DNA of 64,000 nt from positions 3,997,572 through 4,061,571 of the forward strand of contig CAVNZM010000008.1 in NCBI GenBank assembly GCA_963693365.1, given 5' to 3'. This DNA comes from Amoebidium appalachense (lineage: Eukaryota; Protista; Ichthyosporea). Below the pieces are notes generated by a model. It had not been told where the DNA came from and did no database searches. It worked only from the letters and a program-made list of their open reading frames with translations. Below, in pieces: positions 1-57,999 of this stretch. Every line of letters begins with the position of its first letter. The stretch's first letter is position 1. The position numbers and the translations under genes were made by a program.

Positions 1-270
1 GTGGGGGGGGAGGGGGAAAGGGGTGGGTTTTGTGTGTGGGGGTACGGTGGGAGGGGTTGGGGGAGGGGGGAAGGGAGGGGGAGGGGGTGCGGGTGTGAAG
101 GCGGAAGAGGAGGGGGTTGGGTGGTAGAAAAGAGAGAGAAAAGGGAGATAGAGGTCGGTGTGCGTGCATGCTTATGTGTGTGTGTATGTGTGTTCATTGG
201 CAGTGTGGGGGGGGAAGGGGGGGGGGGGGAGGGGGGAGGGGGGGAGGGGGGGAGGGAAGGAGGTGTGTAT

Positions 271-311
<41 letters not shown>

Positions 312-612
312 GGGGGGAAAGTGGGGGGGGGGGGGGGGATGGGGAAAGGGGTGGGGTTTGTGTGGGGGGGTACGGTGGGAGGGGTTGGGGGAGGGGGGAG
401 GGGAGGGAGAGGGGGAGCGGGTGTGAAGGCGGAGGGGGGGGGGGGGAGAGGGGGGTTGGGTGGTAGAAAAGAGAGAGAAAAGGGAGATAGAGGTCGGTGT
501 GTGTGCATGCTTATGTGTGTGTGTATGTGTGTTCATTGGCAATGTTGCATATTACACCTACGGTTATGCGTATTCATTGGCAATGTTGCATATTACACCT
601 ACGGTTATGCGT
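1..612. repeat. Intronic local duplications: ~200-bp unit (approx 1-203 and 341-541) plus a 41-bp tandem duplication (532-612)
   Basis: The block gtggtagaaaagagagagaaaagggagatagaggtcggtgtg...gttcattggca occurs at 121 and 460. ttcattggcaatgttgcatattacacctacggttatgcgta occurs twice back to back. Confidence 0.85.
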
Positions 613-826
613 ATCCTTGCGTGTCCTGTGTCTTGCACCGTGTTTCTAATCGTGCAGTTATGCTTCGTTCCCAGTCTGCCTTCTAACCCCCCCCCCCCCC
701 CCCCCCCTTTATCCCCTTCCCCCTTCCCCCTCGTTTCCACACTCTCCCTTCCTCCCCCACCCCCTCCGCCCTCCCCCATCTCTTCGCCCCAAACACTTTC
801 TGTTTTTCCTGCACACACACACACAG

Positions 827-2803
<1,977 letters not shown>

Positions 2804-3525
2804 TAGTATATCCCGGCTGTGAAAATGTGAAAATTGGATATCTACACAGTATTAGAGGCGATAAGGACTGATCGATGGCTAATGAGCTATCATTTGGCGG
2901 TTGAAATTTGGATATTTCTCCTGTTCGAAGCCAGTAAGCTATAAAAATAGTTGCACAGCTCTTTAATAACGAATTGAAGTTGAAGAAATGTGGATTTGAC
3001 GGTATGGGTGATTGAATTTGGCAATATTCTATTTAGGTAGTCTTGATAACAAAAAAGTTACCCGAGAGTGTGACTTGGGGTAGATTGAAAGTTGAAAAAT
3101 GGGTGGGGTTTGGCCTCACGCGCGTGAAAGTAGTGAATTGTTGTAATTGAACTGTTGAGTGAATTCGGACGTAATGTAATGTTGATGATCTCTTATTCGA
3201 TTGCCGTCCGTTGAATTGAGCAAGCGGTTTGCAAGTCGCGCTAATAGTAGACTGGTGAATTTTGTTTATACACTTAGTCGTTCATGTACATGTGCGAATG
3301 ACTATAGGGCTTATGTTGGGGGGATGTAGATCAGGCGGTGGTCCTGCGTAGGCATAGAGAGTATGCAAATGTTATGCATGGAAATAAAGTATGACGTATA
3401 AATCTGGAAGCTGGGAAACTCTTTGAATGCAAGTTTCATTTCCCCGTGTAAGCCTGAAACTGGCACATCAAGGGATAACATGCCGAAGGAAGCCCAAAAA
3501 CGTGTGCAAGCATTCGGATGGCGGC

Positions 3526-3567
<42 letters not shown>

Positions 3568-4090
3568 TGTGTGTGTGTACGCGTGCGTGAATGCGCATAT
3601 TCATGTGCATGTGTGTGTTAGTGGTGGCGTGTGTGCGGGAACGCGCACGCGCACACGTGTGTGCATCATGTGTGTGTGAGTGCATGTAGTGTGTGTGTGT
3701 GTGTGTGTGTGCGTGTGCGTGCGCGCATGTAGTGTGTGGGTCTGTGTGAGTGTGTGTCTGTGTTTTTGGATCTCAAGGGGAGGGAGGTGGGCAACATTTA
3801 AAATGGGCATGGCAAGCACCACCGTCAGACCGTGCACACAAAGAGTCCAAGCCTTCACGTTTAGAGGGACACTTGTGGGTTAGCCATGCATGACAATGCC
3901 ATGCATCATCTGACTTCATCTCAGTATCAAAAATCTACCATTCTATTTACAGACACCAACGCCGGGTATGTATACGTATATACAGCAGCGGCTCTCATTT
4001 AAGTACTACATCCATACGTATAAGACCCCAGGCCGTGGGGAAAGCCACTTTAATCCGATGCAAAGGGGAAAAAAAGGAGGAGACAAGTTA

Positions 4091-4122
<32 letters not shown>

Positions 4123-4466
4123 CCTCCCCCCCCCCCCCCCCCCCCCCTCCCCCCGCCCCTTCCCTCCCGGCCCTCCCTCTTTTCCTTCCCTAAACTAACA
4201 CAGAAGAAGTAAGCAAACCAAACTTTCAATTATAAAAGTCATAATCAAAAGGATTGCGAAAATAGAAAGATAAACAAGCAACCAAAAAAAACAAACACAC
4301 CAAACCCAACCAGAACCCCCAAAAAAAAGAAAGAAAAGAAGAACAAAAGGGAACCGAAAGCCCAAACTGATCAATATACGATCACAGCCCGTCCACACAA
4401 AAAAACAAAAACAAAAACAAAAACAAAAACAAAAACAAACAAACAAACAAAAAACATTACACCTCA

Positions 4467-4969
4467 CTAAATGACCTTTGCGTTTGCATACTCCTTACCC
4501 TCCTGATGCAAAAAGTACACCAAATCCATGACCACCGACTCGCACCCCAACCCCGTCAGAATCCCACTGGCCTGTCCACGGTGGTGCGTTTGGTGGTTGA
4601 AAAAATGTGCCAGGGTGGGTTCGAGATCTTGCTCCATGGTGAGATTGGGGTCTTCGCCAATGGTGGTGTAGCGAAAACGGCCCGAGAGGATCTCGGGCGT
4701 GAGGCTTTCGGTGAAGGAGATAATGCGATTGTCCATGTCTTGGCGTGCGGCCCAGAGTTCCTGTGATGTTTAAAAGTGCAAGGAAAAAAAAAAAAAAAAA
4801 AGAAAAGCAAGAAAGAGAGGGGGGGGGGGGGGGGAGAGAGAGAGAGAGAGAGAGAGGGAAGGAGGGGGGAGGGAGGGAGAGAGGGCGGGAGGGAGGGAAG
4901 GAAGGAGGTGGAGAGAGAGAGAGAGAAGAGAAGAGAAGGAAAGAGAAGAGGGGGGAGAGGGAGAGAGAG

Positions 4970-5042
<73 letters not shown>

Positions 5043-5614
5043 AGGGAGAGGGTGAGGGTGAGGGTGAGGGAGAGAGAGAAGAGAAAGACACATGAGGGAA
5101 GGAGGGAAAGACGGAGGGAGGGAGGGAGGGAGGGAAAGAGGAAGGGAGGGAGTTGGATGGACAGCGGAGAGAAAAGGGTGTGAAGCATAGGGGGGGGGGG
5201 AGGGGAGGGGGGAAAGGGGGGAGAGAGGGAAAGGGGGAGAGTGAGACGGCAGTTAGAACAGTGAACTAACACTTATGCTGGAAAAAGAAGGGAAATCGAC
5301 AGTTTACACTGAACCACGGAAAAGGAAAGACCAGTTTACACTGAACCACGGAAAAGGAAAGACCAGAAGGTTGCGAACACAGTGGGGATGGATACACGGG
5401 AGCCAAAATTCCTGAACATCTGCACTATTCCTGGTGTACGCAACTCCACGTAAGTGAAGGCGTTCCTTTGTAAACGATGAGAAAACCTCAATGACTTTTA
5501 GAGAGAAGAGGCAAAGAGGCAGTCCAAAAAAGAGATGGAACAGGGCTGGGAGGAAGGGGCTAGTGAGACGGGAGGAAGGGTGTGAAGATGGGAAGGATGG
5601 AGGGATGGGGGGGG

Positions 5615-5651
<37 letters not shown>

Positions 5652-6125
5652 GGAGGAGGAGGGGGGGGAGGGGGAGGGGGGGGGGTGGGGGGAGGGGGGG
5701 AGGGAAGGCGGGTGGAGGAAGGAATCTCAAGCACAAAGGCTCTGATTGCCAGATTGTGAGAAACGGTATGGAGGAAGTTGGTGGGAAATGGCAGGAAAAA
5801 AATAGACATCCGAGGACAACCTGAGCCGATTCTAGACGTAAAGGGAGAGTATCCGGGGGCACAGATGGGAGAGAGAAATGCAAACTAACAGTCTAAGGAA
5901 TAGAGAAACCGATTAAAGAAACGAGGCAAATTCATAGAGGAAGATGTGCGGATAACAATGAAAAAGGAGACGGGGGGATGCGTTGCAGGCAAAAAGACAC
6001 GGGGTAGTGGAAAGTGAAACGGCGCCGAGCAAAGGTAGGCAGGTTACCCACAACTTGAATCTCCGTAAGTGCCTGCGCATGTACTTGTGTGCACAGGTGA
6101 AGTCGCTTATGGGTATAAGTCTTCT

Positions 6126-6162
<37 letters not shown>

Positions 6163-6546
6163 ACCCCCACACACACAAAAAAAAAAGATGGTCCATAACC
6201 AGTAGTTCCTACAACATGTGCATGTCAAAACGCATTGCTACAACATGTGCATGTGCAAAACGCATTGCTACCAACAGAGGCCGTGCAAAGATAACCTTAC
6301 CTCGAACGTCTCATGTGGAACCTCATCCAAAGCCTTTGGTGCATCACACAACTTTCCCTGCGAAAAACGATGCAACCACAGCCGATCGGCCACCAGAATG
6401 TGTGCAAGGGTGCGGTGCAGAGAGCCGAAGAAGACACCTCTGTCTTCGTTGTATTGTGTTGGAGAAAGTTTATTGGCAGCATTGTATAGGCACGTGTTGG
6501 CCCATGCGTTGTAGCGGGCGAACATTTGGTAGTGGCGGACACTCAT
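4467..6546 (-). CDS. DinB/YfiT-superfamily metal-binding protein (Bacillus-type damage-inducible DinB fold, not DNA polymerase IV), ~179 aa, exons 6546-6301 and 4760-4467
   Basis: Translation MSVRHYQMFARYNAWAN...DRGVFFGSLHRTLAHILVADRLWLHRF...|ELWAARQDMDNRII...LAHFFNHQTHHRGQ...MDLVYF carries the His triad of the family. Phase-0 GTAAGG..CAG intron; Kozak-like GCCGCCATCATG start. Confidence 0.92.
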
Positions 6547-7919
6547 GATGGCGGCAGATGTGTGTAATAAGTTAAGAAGAGTTAATAAAAAAAGAAGACT
6601 CTCAGGCTTCTATTATAGTTTATGCAAAAAAGAAAAAGCGTAAAAATTGGTTGGTGGGCCCGCTGCGTGAAAGAGAAAAGGAAAACTGAAGCGCCGTCGT
6701 AGCGCTGGCGCCGGGGGTTGTGGGGTTTTGGCTGCGCTACCCGTTTTACCTTGTAATCGTATTGTCAGAATTCGCCTGTTTTCTTGACAATCGTCGTGTA
6801 ATTTTTTTTTTTTGCTTGGTCCAGTGGATATGAAGGCAACGTGCAGCCACAGGCTACATGACCACCAAAATAACCGACTTCGAAAGAGCCACAGCGTTGA
6901 AATAAAAAATAAAACAACATGTGACCAAAGGACACCAGCGGGCAAAGGTACAAGTGCACGTGTTATGCGTGAAACTAGTTTGCTCCAACTAGTCATATGC
7001 AGCGATGATGACAGGCCACACTCCGCAAGAAGACATCATTACTGCTGCCCCCCAACAGCCCCCCCTCAAAACCTACCGGGGCACAGCAAGCAAGTCAGCC
7101 CTTTAAAGAGCAATGCAGACCAAATCCGAGCGAGAAAACAATCCCCGCGGGCCCGTCCCCTAGAAAACCCGCAGAAGCTGTCTCTAACTCTTTGATAAGG
7201 TGGCCTAGTTGTGGCAGGACACACAGGAAAACACAACTACAGAATGCATGCAAGCGAACCCAGTCATTGCCATACTGCTGAAGGCTGAAAACACGGCAGC
7301 CACAAGGAAAGCTCCTCGACGACCCAGTAGCTACCCTTCCACTCACGCAGCGCAGAAGCAGTTGAAGAAGTTGCAGCAGCCCACCGCCAGTAGCTCGCGT
7401 AGAAGCGTAGATAGCGTGTAGAAGTCACCGTAAGTTGCAGTGGGCCACCAGATGTCGAAGAAACCACTCCTCAAGCAAGAAAAATCCGCGGAAGGAAGAT
7501 GTCCCCATACTCTCACAGCATTAGGAATAGACAAGGCCGCATTACACACACACAGTGTCACGTTCCCCTGAGTGGGACCCCTTCCCACCACCAAAAGAAA
7601 AAACGAAAGCCTTTATATACCTGCCATGGTGAAGAATCGGGAAAAAAAGTTGACGTGACAGCTAAGACATCGAAGTAAAATTGAAGTCCCGTGTAAATTA
7701 GCTACTTATATTCATCCTTCCTCTCGTAAACCTACCACTCTTACTGATTTTGCCATTCTAACCCCTTCTTGTGATATTGCTTGGAAATGTTTATTTTGGC
7801 GGCCGTTGTCATCTTTGTTTCCATAAATGTTTTTGCCACTTTTGTGCAGAACCCTTTTCTCTGTAAACATTTAGATAGGTGTATTCATTTATCTCAGATT
7901 ATTCCGTTCAACTCGGAAG

Positions 7920-8057
7920 TTTTTTTTCTTTTGACTGGATTTATTCGACGGAAAGATATGCAAGTATGCACGGCATACTGAGAAGACAATAAAAAAACTT
8001 CACGAGTTATCCAGTAACAAGTGCATACTGAGATACCTGAACACTGTGTGAAAATCA
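7920..8057 (-). repeat. Native 3' end of the LINE (left arm of a ~140-bp inverted repeat)
   Basis: Reverse complement of 10498-10638 apart from a few substitutions and small indels. Confidence 0.93.
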
Positions 8058-10497
8058 CTTAAATACTCAATGTGACGACCAACAGAATTCAACAAAAAGC
8101 TAAAGTGGTCACATTGCCAGCCAGTGTAGCAGACACCCGTAGGGAAAGAGGTAAAACGCGACATAAAAATTCACACCTATCAACATGCTTGCGATTAAAA
8201 GGTTCAGCACAAAAGTTGCACCAGCGGCGATGAAAACAAAAATTACAACGCCACTGCACAACTTCCCAGGCAATATCAACATCAGAGCACCATCATACAG
8301 ACGTATCTACTAGCCTAAGGGTGGTATCCATACATACAGCAGGAGAAATATATCCTGCCAAAGCTCCCAAAAAGCGATAATGATCAGTACGGTGTTGCCT
8401 AAGGAACATAACACATGCCGACCGAGTTTTACCTTTGATTTCTCTATCAGAACGAGAAAGAAATGCAAAGAAACTTATACTGCGTATGGTAATAACGCGA
8501 AAAGGCAGAAAAAGCAGGAAGAGAAAAGAAAGAGGGAGTGAGATAGCGAGAGGAAGAATCAGGTTGAAAGAGGGTAGGCTGAGGACATTCAGAAGTAGCG
8601 TAACGGTTGGTGAACCGGGGGGGAAGAGGATGGAGGGAGCGGGGGGAAAGAAAGCTAGTAAAGAGGGTGACCATCAGGTATCCTAACTAAATGAAAACAA
8701 AAACGAAGAGACAATTCCTCCATACGCCAAACAGCAGACGACTCAATCCAAACATACTGATTAAGGGAGGCACAAACCGAGTACGAAACAAAGTGCGCAG
8801 CGCAGTACCCTGAAAATTGTCGAACTCTTTCAGCGCCACGGCCGCCTCGCGAGGTGGGGCGCAGGCCAATAGCGGAAGTCCATACTATTCGAAAGTCGGC
8901 CGTAAAAAAGTTTTATAGTAGAGAAGAAGGTTCGCAGGATGGATCACAGACTCCCGTTGAAACATATTTGACACGATGTGAAGCTTACCCTTCGCACGAG
9001 CGATCCGTGCCGTGAGGAGCTTGCGGAAATCAATACCCCGTGCAGTAAAAGGAATACCCAAATAGTCATAGGTGCTCCGAACAGGAATAGGAAGACCGGC
9101 CAATCGAAAGGAAGCGTTTTTCGAAAAAGTAGCACACTTTGCGATTCCGACTGTCATGAGATTCTCGGTGCACCATTGATCTTCCTGACGAAGCATCTGG
9201 TGCATGACATCTTCGGTTAAGGAACAAAGAACAATATCGTCCGCAAAAAGGAGACCCGGTACACGGCGGGTATGCAGTTGGCCAAAGGGTTTGAGGGCGC
9301 AGGCTAAATCGTCAATGAAAACGTCAAACAACAACGGACTCAGGAGGGACCCCTGCAGAAGACCCCGAGAACGGGAAAAACCGGGTGTTAATGTTCCATT
9401 GACCGCCGCTCGTCCGCGAGAGTGGTATCGAACAGCGCTTGCAGAAGACGGCCAAAGGGGGCTGGTAAGCCCTGCATAGCCAGCTTATGCCATAACAAAC
9501 CAGTGGGTACGGTGTCGTAGGCGTTCTTAAGGTCGATGAAGACAACGTGTGGAAAGCCAGAAGTAATGGATTCATGGAGTAACAGGCTGTGAGTATAACA
9601 CGAATAGGCATGACGAAAGCCCCCTTGAAGGGAAGAAAGACGGAACATGGCGTTTAAAGAATCGTCGGTGTTAAACGCGGAAGCATGCAACCCTCGAAGA
9701 GCCGACGAAAAACGTTGGTAAGTGTGACGGGACGAATTAGTTGTTAATGACCCCCTGCGATACCTTCTTACGAACGGGCGTAACGATTGTGTCAAGCCAC
9801 GAATTTGGAATAAACCCGAGTTCGAAAAAAGCCGGAAAAAACTCACTAAGAAGGACAGCAAAAGGCGGGGGCGGGGGGGACAGCTCTGCACGATTACGGG
9901 GCGGAAGCACGGGAGAAAGAACCTTGAAAAGCACGGGAGGAAGAGCATCCGGCCCGCACGCTTTGCGGGGGTTTAACACCCGTATAGCACCAAAAACAGC
10001 CGAAGAGTTGAAATAACTGTCAAAGGTGCCCGGGAACGATCGGTCCGGCTCCCAACTCGGCGGCTGGGAGAGGCTAGCGGGCGGTGATGGAACCGTGGAC
10101 ACGTTAGGAAGCGAAAATAGGGAAGCATAATAGTCATTGACGGATTCAGCGACGGAGATGGAAGGAGACGCGGCATAGACTTGCACGGAAGGCCCTAACC
10201 GACCGGCGGATTTCCAGACCGATAATGCTTCCTGTAGAGGCAACAACTGTCATAAGGACTGCAAAACGTGAGACTGTCTCAGCCGAACGGAAGGGCACTC
10301 AACCGTGCCCACCACCTGCTCGCCAAGGGCAAATAGAAACTCAACAAACTCATTATAACAAACCTCCAAAATAGCCGGGTTCCGCTGCGCGCGGGCGTCG
10401 CGCACTGCGGCAAGAAAGAAGCCATGAACCGACTCATACTCCTTGACGGCGAGTAACTGGTTTAACTTGTGCTTGAAACCGCGAGATAAGAGGCGGC
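8000..10497 (-). pseudogene. Disrupted LINE ORF2 (reverse transcriptase plus C-terminal Cys motif); no endonuclease domain visible in the retained part
   Basis: The RT is split over ORFs 10250-10534, 9737-10246, 9388-9948, 8885-9334 and 8687-8869, with frameshifts (near 9737, 9660, 9400) and an in-frame stop at 8885. Confidence 0.9.
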
Positions 10498-10712
10498 TGA
10501 TTTTCACACAGTGTTCAGGTATCTCATTATGCACGTGTTACAACTGGATAACTCGTGAAGTTTTTATTGTCTTCTCAGTATGCCGTGCATACTTGTATAT
10601 CTTTCCGTCGAATAAATCCAGTCAAAAGAAAAAAAAAAGTTTTTATTGTCTTCTCAGTATGCCGTGCATACTTGCATATCTTACCGTCGAATAAATCCAG
10701 TCAAAAGAAAAA
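10498..10712 (+). repeat. Inverted 141-bp copy (10498-10638) plus tandem 74-bp copy (10639-10712) of the LINE 3' end, each ending in an A-rich tail
   Basis: gtttttattgtcttctcagtatgccgtgcatacttg..gtcgaataaatccagtcaaaagaaaaa occurs twice in tandem. It contains the hairpin AGTATGC-cgt-GCATACT and AATAAA. Confidence 0.93.
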
Positions 10713-11192
10713 TTTTGCAAATCGTAATGGCGGGATTCGTCTCATTTACGACCCGTATAGACCCCCGATATTTTTAATGTTACAACTTTTTTGAAAAATA
10801 TTATACTACCTTAGCAATTACACACCCGATAGACAAAACAGGGCTTCGTATTCCCCTCTGGAGTGCCAAAAATAACCAACCACCTGACCACTTTTACCTG
10901 GGAAAGCACCCGTTTTTGTATGGAAACACACCAAAAACACTATTGTAGCCTATTTCACTGCTGCGAAAAACCAATACAGCACCTCGCAGCGCTACTCGTA
11001 TTGACCTCCTGGGCTTAATCATAAATATGACGATATTGAGTACGGTAATCATGGTGTTTCTAGATGGCCGTGGTCGTAATTCAACCCCTGGCTGGCGCCC
11101 AGCCTTGGCAAACTCCCGAGGTTTGGCCACAAAAATGACCCAATCATAAACATGAGAAAATAAAGATTAACCAAGTTTAGCTAAAGTGTGGT

Positions 11193-11230
11193 TTTTGGCG
11201 CGAAAATCCCAAATCATCCTGTGACGTCAC
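11193..11230 (+). promoter_or_regulatory. RAD50 upstream region: near-palindromic E2F site TTTTGGCGCGAAAA (11193-11206) and CRE/ATF palindrome GTGACGTCAC (11221-11230)
   Basis: Exact matches to well-known consensus motifs, 14 bp apart and ~370 bp upstream of the ATG. Function is inferred. Confidence 0.6.
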
Positions 11231-11579
11231 CGCAAAGATGCTGACTGTACGTACGTGCCAGGCGTGCAGTGTGCTCTGTTGAGTCTAACAAACCCCACCG
11301 ATTCCAAGTTTACGACCTGATGGTGAAGGAGGGTTATATGCTTACCGGTTTACTCACTTTATAATCTAGCTTGCAAACAGTTATATCTAGTGGGTTTCTC
11401 TATTTTCTTTCTTTCTTTCTTTTTTTTTTTCTTTTCTTTTTTTGTTGCAAAGGCCCACGCAGCAGTAGTTTTCACGCTGGCCCTCCCTCTCTTTGGCCTC
11501 TGAAGAAACACACACACACGTCGCCGCCGTCCACACTTGCACACGCACGCTTGTACAGCGTGTGCGTGTTGTTTCAGTC

Positions 11580-40441
<28,862 letters not shown>

Positions 40442-40844
40442 GGGAAGCAAGAGACCAACTACAAGTCTACGTACCCGCGCGTTATAATTAGCTTCTATAC
40501 ATGGGCCCTATATTGTCCTTTTGATTATTATGCTTCATGATGCTTCATATATCGGTAAACCCGACCGACCCCGATATTCATATCGTGTTTTGTGATTTTA
40601 CAAGGTTCAAATACTCGGATACTCAGTGTGAGTCACTCTGTCTTTGGTGCTCCGTTTCTATGAGAGTGGGTATAAATTCATGTTACAAAGAGTTGTGCTT
40701 TTTCTGAAGCACACAAAGCCGGTATTCATGGTAATTTATGCCAACAAAGATTCTTGGACAATAAAGGAACCAAGGGTAGTTGATGCACAAGTGTATGTTA
40801 TATGCGTGTGGCAGTGAATGGTACAATGCATGCACATGCATGTA

Positions 40845-40880
<36 letters not shown>

Positions 40881-41564
40881 CACACACACAAACACGGCAG
40901 ACCGCGGGACACACATGAAACCGCACACACATCATGACACATGGTGTGTGTTTATTGCAAACGTCTAGGCCTACGCCTCCGTAATTTAGTGGGTACCTGC
41001 CCACGAGAAAGGGGGCCGAATCCGGGCCTTTTCGCTATTTCAAACATGATGATTTTGTGTTGGATTTTCGCCAGATGGACATATCTAAAGCACATTTACA
41101 CGGTTCGTCTTTTGGGATGTCGATTGGGAGAGCTGCTTCTATTCTTACTGAAAATCCCGGCCCTCCATATGGGGGATGTCAGCCTAAAACTTCCTACAAC
41201 TCCCTTCAATTTACCTGTTGCTAAAAATCCCCCCCTCCCCCCCCCCCCCCCCCCCTCTCTTCCCCAACCTCCCCCCCCCACCTCCTCCCGTGCACCTCCC
41301 TCTAAGGTTCAAAGACCAAAAAAAAAAAAAAAGAGAGAGGTTCAAAAATCACCTTTATAACTTTGAAATAGGGTACGTCTGTGTTACTACTCAAGGCTTA
41401 TGCAGCAAGGCAAACTGTGTATATACTGCTTTACCGCGATTGGTGAATGTAATAAAACATCGTGGTGAATATCATGCGGTCTGAGGGCACATGTGTCCGG
41501 ATCGATATCCACGCCCGGTACGGCGATCCCCCCATCACTGTGTGGTAACCGTATGTGTGTGATG

Positions 41565-50469
<8,905 letters not shown>

Positions 50470-50479
50470 GTTTTTCAAT

Positions 50480-50958
50480 GTCTAGAGAACATCAACTACG
50501 AACAGAGTACAAAGACTTATCACAAAGACGTGCCTTTTGAAAAAAGAATGAATTCGTACACATCTAATAAGGTTCACGCGAGAGGATGATTGTTAAACTG
50601 AAAACTGATGTTTTTGGACACTGTGACAAGCACAGCTTCTTTTTGAAATAGAGCTCTGAGTCGTGACGGTCAAATCCGTTGGACCTGCGATGTTTGAAAA
50701 CTTGCGCCAGCTAGATTCGACAAATCAAAAGGCATCATTTAAATTTTAACTTCCGAAAGGCTTTCTTTATCTGGCTAACTTTTGTTGACGGCGATTGGGT
50801 AATATCAGGATGAAATTGAGTCGCGTTTGAGTTCAACAGAATTGTCTACCCCTCTCTCCTGCGCTGTGAGTTTATAGAACTTAGTGCCAATGTAACTTTT
50901 CAAAATATATCTTTGTTAATCTCTGCAACCTGTTTACAAACACTTAGACAACCCTTGA
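50480..50958. promoter_or_regulatory. Probable bidirectional promoter (Aurora / unknown gene) with CHR-like TTTGAA x3 (50536, 50642, 50693) and a Myb/MSA-like TCCAACGG on the minus strand (50676-50683)
   Basis: A short non-repetitive spacer between divergent ATGs. The motif matches are seen directly; function is inferred. Confidence 0.5.
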
Positions 50959-57226
<6,268 letters not shown>

Positions 57227-57999
57227 CCCGCGGTGAATATGGATGAATGAGAATTTCCGTTGTTTTTTTTTTGTTGTTTTGTTTGGTTTTTCTTTTTTGT
57301 TTCGATTTTTATTTTGGTTTGATGTTTTTCCACTTGGTGTACCACCGGGTCGTATGATATGGTCAACACGTTCTTAAGGTAATGTATATGCGCGCAGGAC
57401 AAATATCAACTCAGGTGATAATTAGGAGATGTTTGTTACCATTTGCTATTATTAAAGGTCGGACGCTGTTTTCGATGGGAAGGACAAAAAAGGGCATCGC
57501 CATATGTAGGCAATGAGGTGGTTGTGATAGTGGTCTGTGTTTAACTTAGCACATTCATGCATGAGGTGATGTCTGTTACCATTCAATATTAAGTTTCATT
57601 TATCGATATGCCATAGCAAGTTAATGATGAGATGATGTCTTTTACCCATCCAATGTAATGACAATCGGCATTTTGCGATATAGCGATGTCTAATAAAGGA
57701 GTTCACCACGTATATACGGAAAAGGCATCTGTTCCAAGGGATCAATGCACTTTATTGGCCGCTCTCGCCTGCCAATCGGAAACACATGTGCCCCTGATGT
57801 ATGCATGATATGTACATCATACTACAGATGAAATACACCCCTTGGTATGCTACCTAATTATACGGTATTAGAACCCCAATTAGGCTACAGACAATACATC
57901 CGAGTAAACGAGGGAGAGAAAAAAAAAGAAAAAAAGAAAAAGAAAAAGAGAGCAAAAACGAACTAATCAACCAGGTTGAGAGGGTGATATATGTGTGCG

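Larger units (their letters stand above)
7920..10712 (-). mobile_element. Decayed, 5'-truncated non-LTR (LINE-type) retrotransposon, with inverted copies of its own 3' end attached at the truncated 5' side
   Basis: Minus-strand RT motifs run across frameshifts and stops: KACGPD, PNSW..IVTPV.KK, RPVTL, QGGFR, FIDLKNAYDTV, LQGSLLSPLLF..FIDDL, LFADDIV, YDYLGIPF, YKTFLRPTFE. A Cys/His motif follows (WRCN..HRRWCNFC..PFNRKHVDRC). Stop at 8000-8002, then an ~80-nt 3' UTR with AATAAA and an A-rich tail. Confidence 0.92.

Noticed and set aside
4467-6546. dinB / DNA polymerase IV next to RAD50
   Set aside because: Name clash only. The protein is the small His-triad DinB/YfiT fold, not a Y-family polymerase.
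7920-10712. DNA transposon (TIR), DIRS or Penelope element
   Set aside because: The inverted arms are the element's own ORF end, 3' UTR and A-tail. No transposase, tyrosine recombinase, RNase H or GIY-YIG is visible, and the RT motifs are LINE-type.
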